Assembly: GCA_963762145.1 (NCBI GenBank) | Contig: CAVXJS010000011.1 | Span: forward strand, 768,001 to 832,000 | Reading direction: 5' to 3' | Source: an uncultured Candidatus Rokubacteria bacterium | GTDB lineage: Bacteria > Methylomirabilota > Methylomirabilia > Rokubacteriales > CSP1-6 | Length of the DNA: 64,000 nucleotides | Notes under the pieces: model-generated | Databases searched by the model: none | What the model was told of the DNA's origin: nothing | The model's input: only the letters and a program-made list of their open reading frames with translations | In this document: piece by piece, positions 63,288 to 64,000 of the stretch | Layout of the letters: each line of letters opens with the position of its first letter | Numbering within the stretch: the first letter of the stretch is position 1 | Position numbers and translations under genes: made by a program

Positions 63288-63628
63288 AGGCGTTTCACGC
63301 GGCGGTGTACCGCCTCGTCGGGCGGATCCCGAGAGGGCAGGTGGTGACGTACGGGCAGATCGCGGCCCTGCTCGGATACCCGCGGGCGGCCCGCGCGGTG
63401 GGACAGGCGATGAAGGAGGTGCCCGCGCACCTGCCGTGGCACCGGGTGGTGAACGCCCAGGGCGGTATCAGCCTGAGGCGCAACGTCGGGAGCATGCTGA
63501 CGCAGCGGCTCCTGCTCGAGCAGGAAGGCGTGCGGGTCCGGCGGGGCCGGATCCGGCTCCAGGAGTATCGGTGGGCGGGGCCTGGGCGCACCCGCCGGCT
63601 GTCCATCGCGGCGCTCGAGCGTCTCTGA
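63284..63628 (+). CDS. Alkyltransferase-like (ATL/YbaZ-type) DNA damage recognition protein
   Basis: IPRGQVVTYGQIA, ARAVG and PWHRV (Trp in place of the active Cys). Confidence 0.88.
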   Translation: MKAFHAAVYRLVGRIPRGQVVTYGQIAALLGYPRAARAVGQAMKEVPAHLPWHRVVNAQGGISLRRNVGSMLTQRLLLEQEGVRVRRGRIRLQEYRWAGPGRTRRLSIAALERL

Positions 63629-63640
63629 TCGGAGGGCACC

Positions 63641-64000
63641 ATGCGGCTCGGACTGAATATCGGCTACTCACGCTCGCAGCTCGGAATCGACCTCTCCCTG
63701 GTCCAGCAGGCCGATCGGCTGGGCTTCCACTCGGTGTGGTCGGCCGAGGCCTATGGCTCGGACGCGGTGTCGCCGCTCTGCTGGATCGCGGCCCAGACCA
63801 GCCGGATCAAGGTCGGCACCGCGATCATGCAGATCCCGGCCCGGACCCCGACGCTCACCGCGACGACCGCGATGACGATCGACCAGCTCTCGGGGGGCCG
63901 CTTCATCCTCGGGCTGGGCGTGTCGGGCCCGCAGGTGGTGGAGGGCTGGCACGGCGTGGCCTTCGGCAAGCCGCTGGCCAAGACGCGCGAGTACGTCGAC
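63641..64000 (+). CDS. LLM class (F420-dependent-like) oxidoreductase, 3'-partial
   Basis: [17 protein letters not shown] and [23 protein letters not shown]. Confidence 0.88.
   Translation, partial: MRLGLNIGYSRSQLGIDLSLVQQADRLGFHSVWSAEAYGSDAVSPLCWIAAQTSRIKVGTAIMQIPARTPTLTATTAMTIDQLSGGRFILGLGVSGPQVVEGWHGVAFGKPLAKTREYVD

Noticed and set aside
63284-63628. Dead O6-methylguanine methyltransferase
   Set aside because: PWHRV is the signature of the known ATL family

Overview
High-GC bacterial window; by eye the backbone is about 70% GC. Gene style suggests an uncultured Methylomirabilota/Rokubacteria-like organism (inference only). The housekeeping backbone carries a radical SAM gene, Rieske-moaA-Cld/ChdC family, gltBD with a divergent LysR, M24 peptidase, korAB, glcDEF, lutABC, trxB, mscL, nadX, rmuC, M20 peptidase, Memo, suhB, panE, a heterodimeric ABC exporter, an ATL protein and an LLM oxidoreductase. 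A ~25-kb, somewhat less GC-skewed accessory block (about 25.5-50.4 kb) interrupts it. That block holds a sigma54-driven Tad/Flp pilus operon that runs on into a TonB-anchor-like Ig protein, a TPR-retropepsin, a GT87 glycosyltransferase and a membrane-fused spermidine-synthase-like enzyme, with two more GT-C-like genes and a prepilin peptidase alongside. Regulation is partly readable from the DNA: two -24/-12 promoters, repeated ATGC-N6-GCAT boxes, a PAS-AAA+ activator and a small ACT-like first gene. A second highlight is a short hairpin element with compensatory base changes that is inserted in frame, in opposite orientations, in two unrelated genes; a third in-frame hairpin sits in the partner ABC gene. 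Many single-base frameshifts cluster at 20.7-25.3 kb and 34.7-39.2 kb and look like sequencing errors. No tRNA, rRNA, CRISPR array, integrase or transposase was seen.
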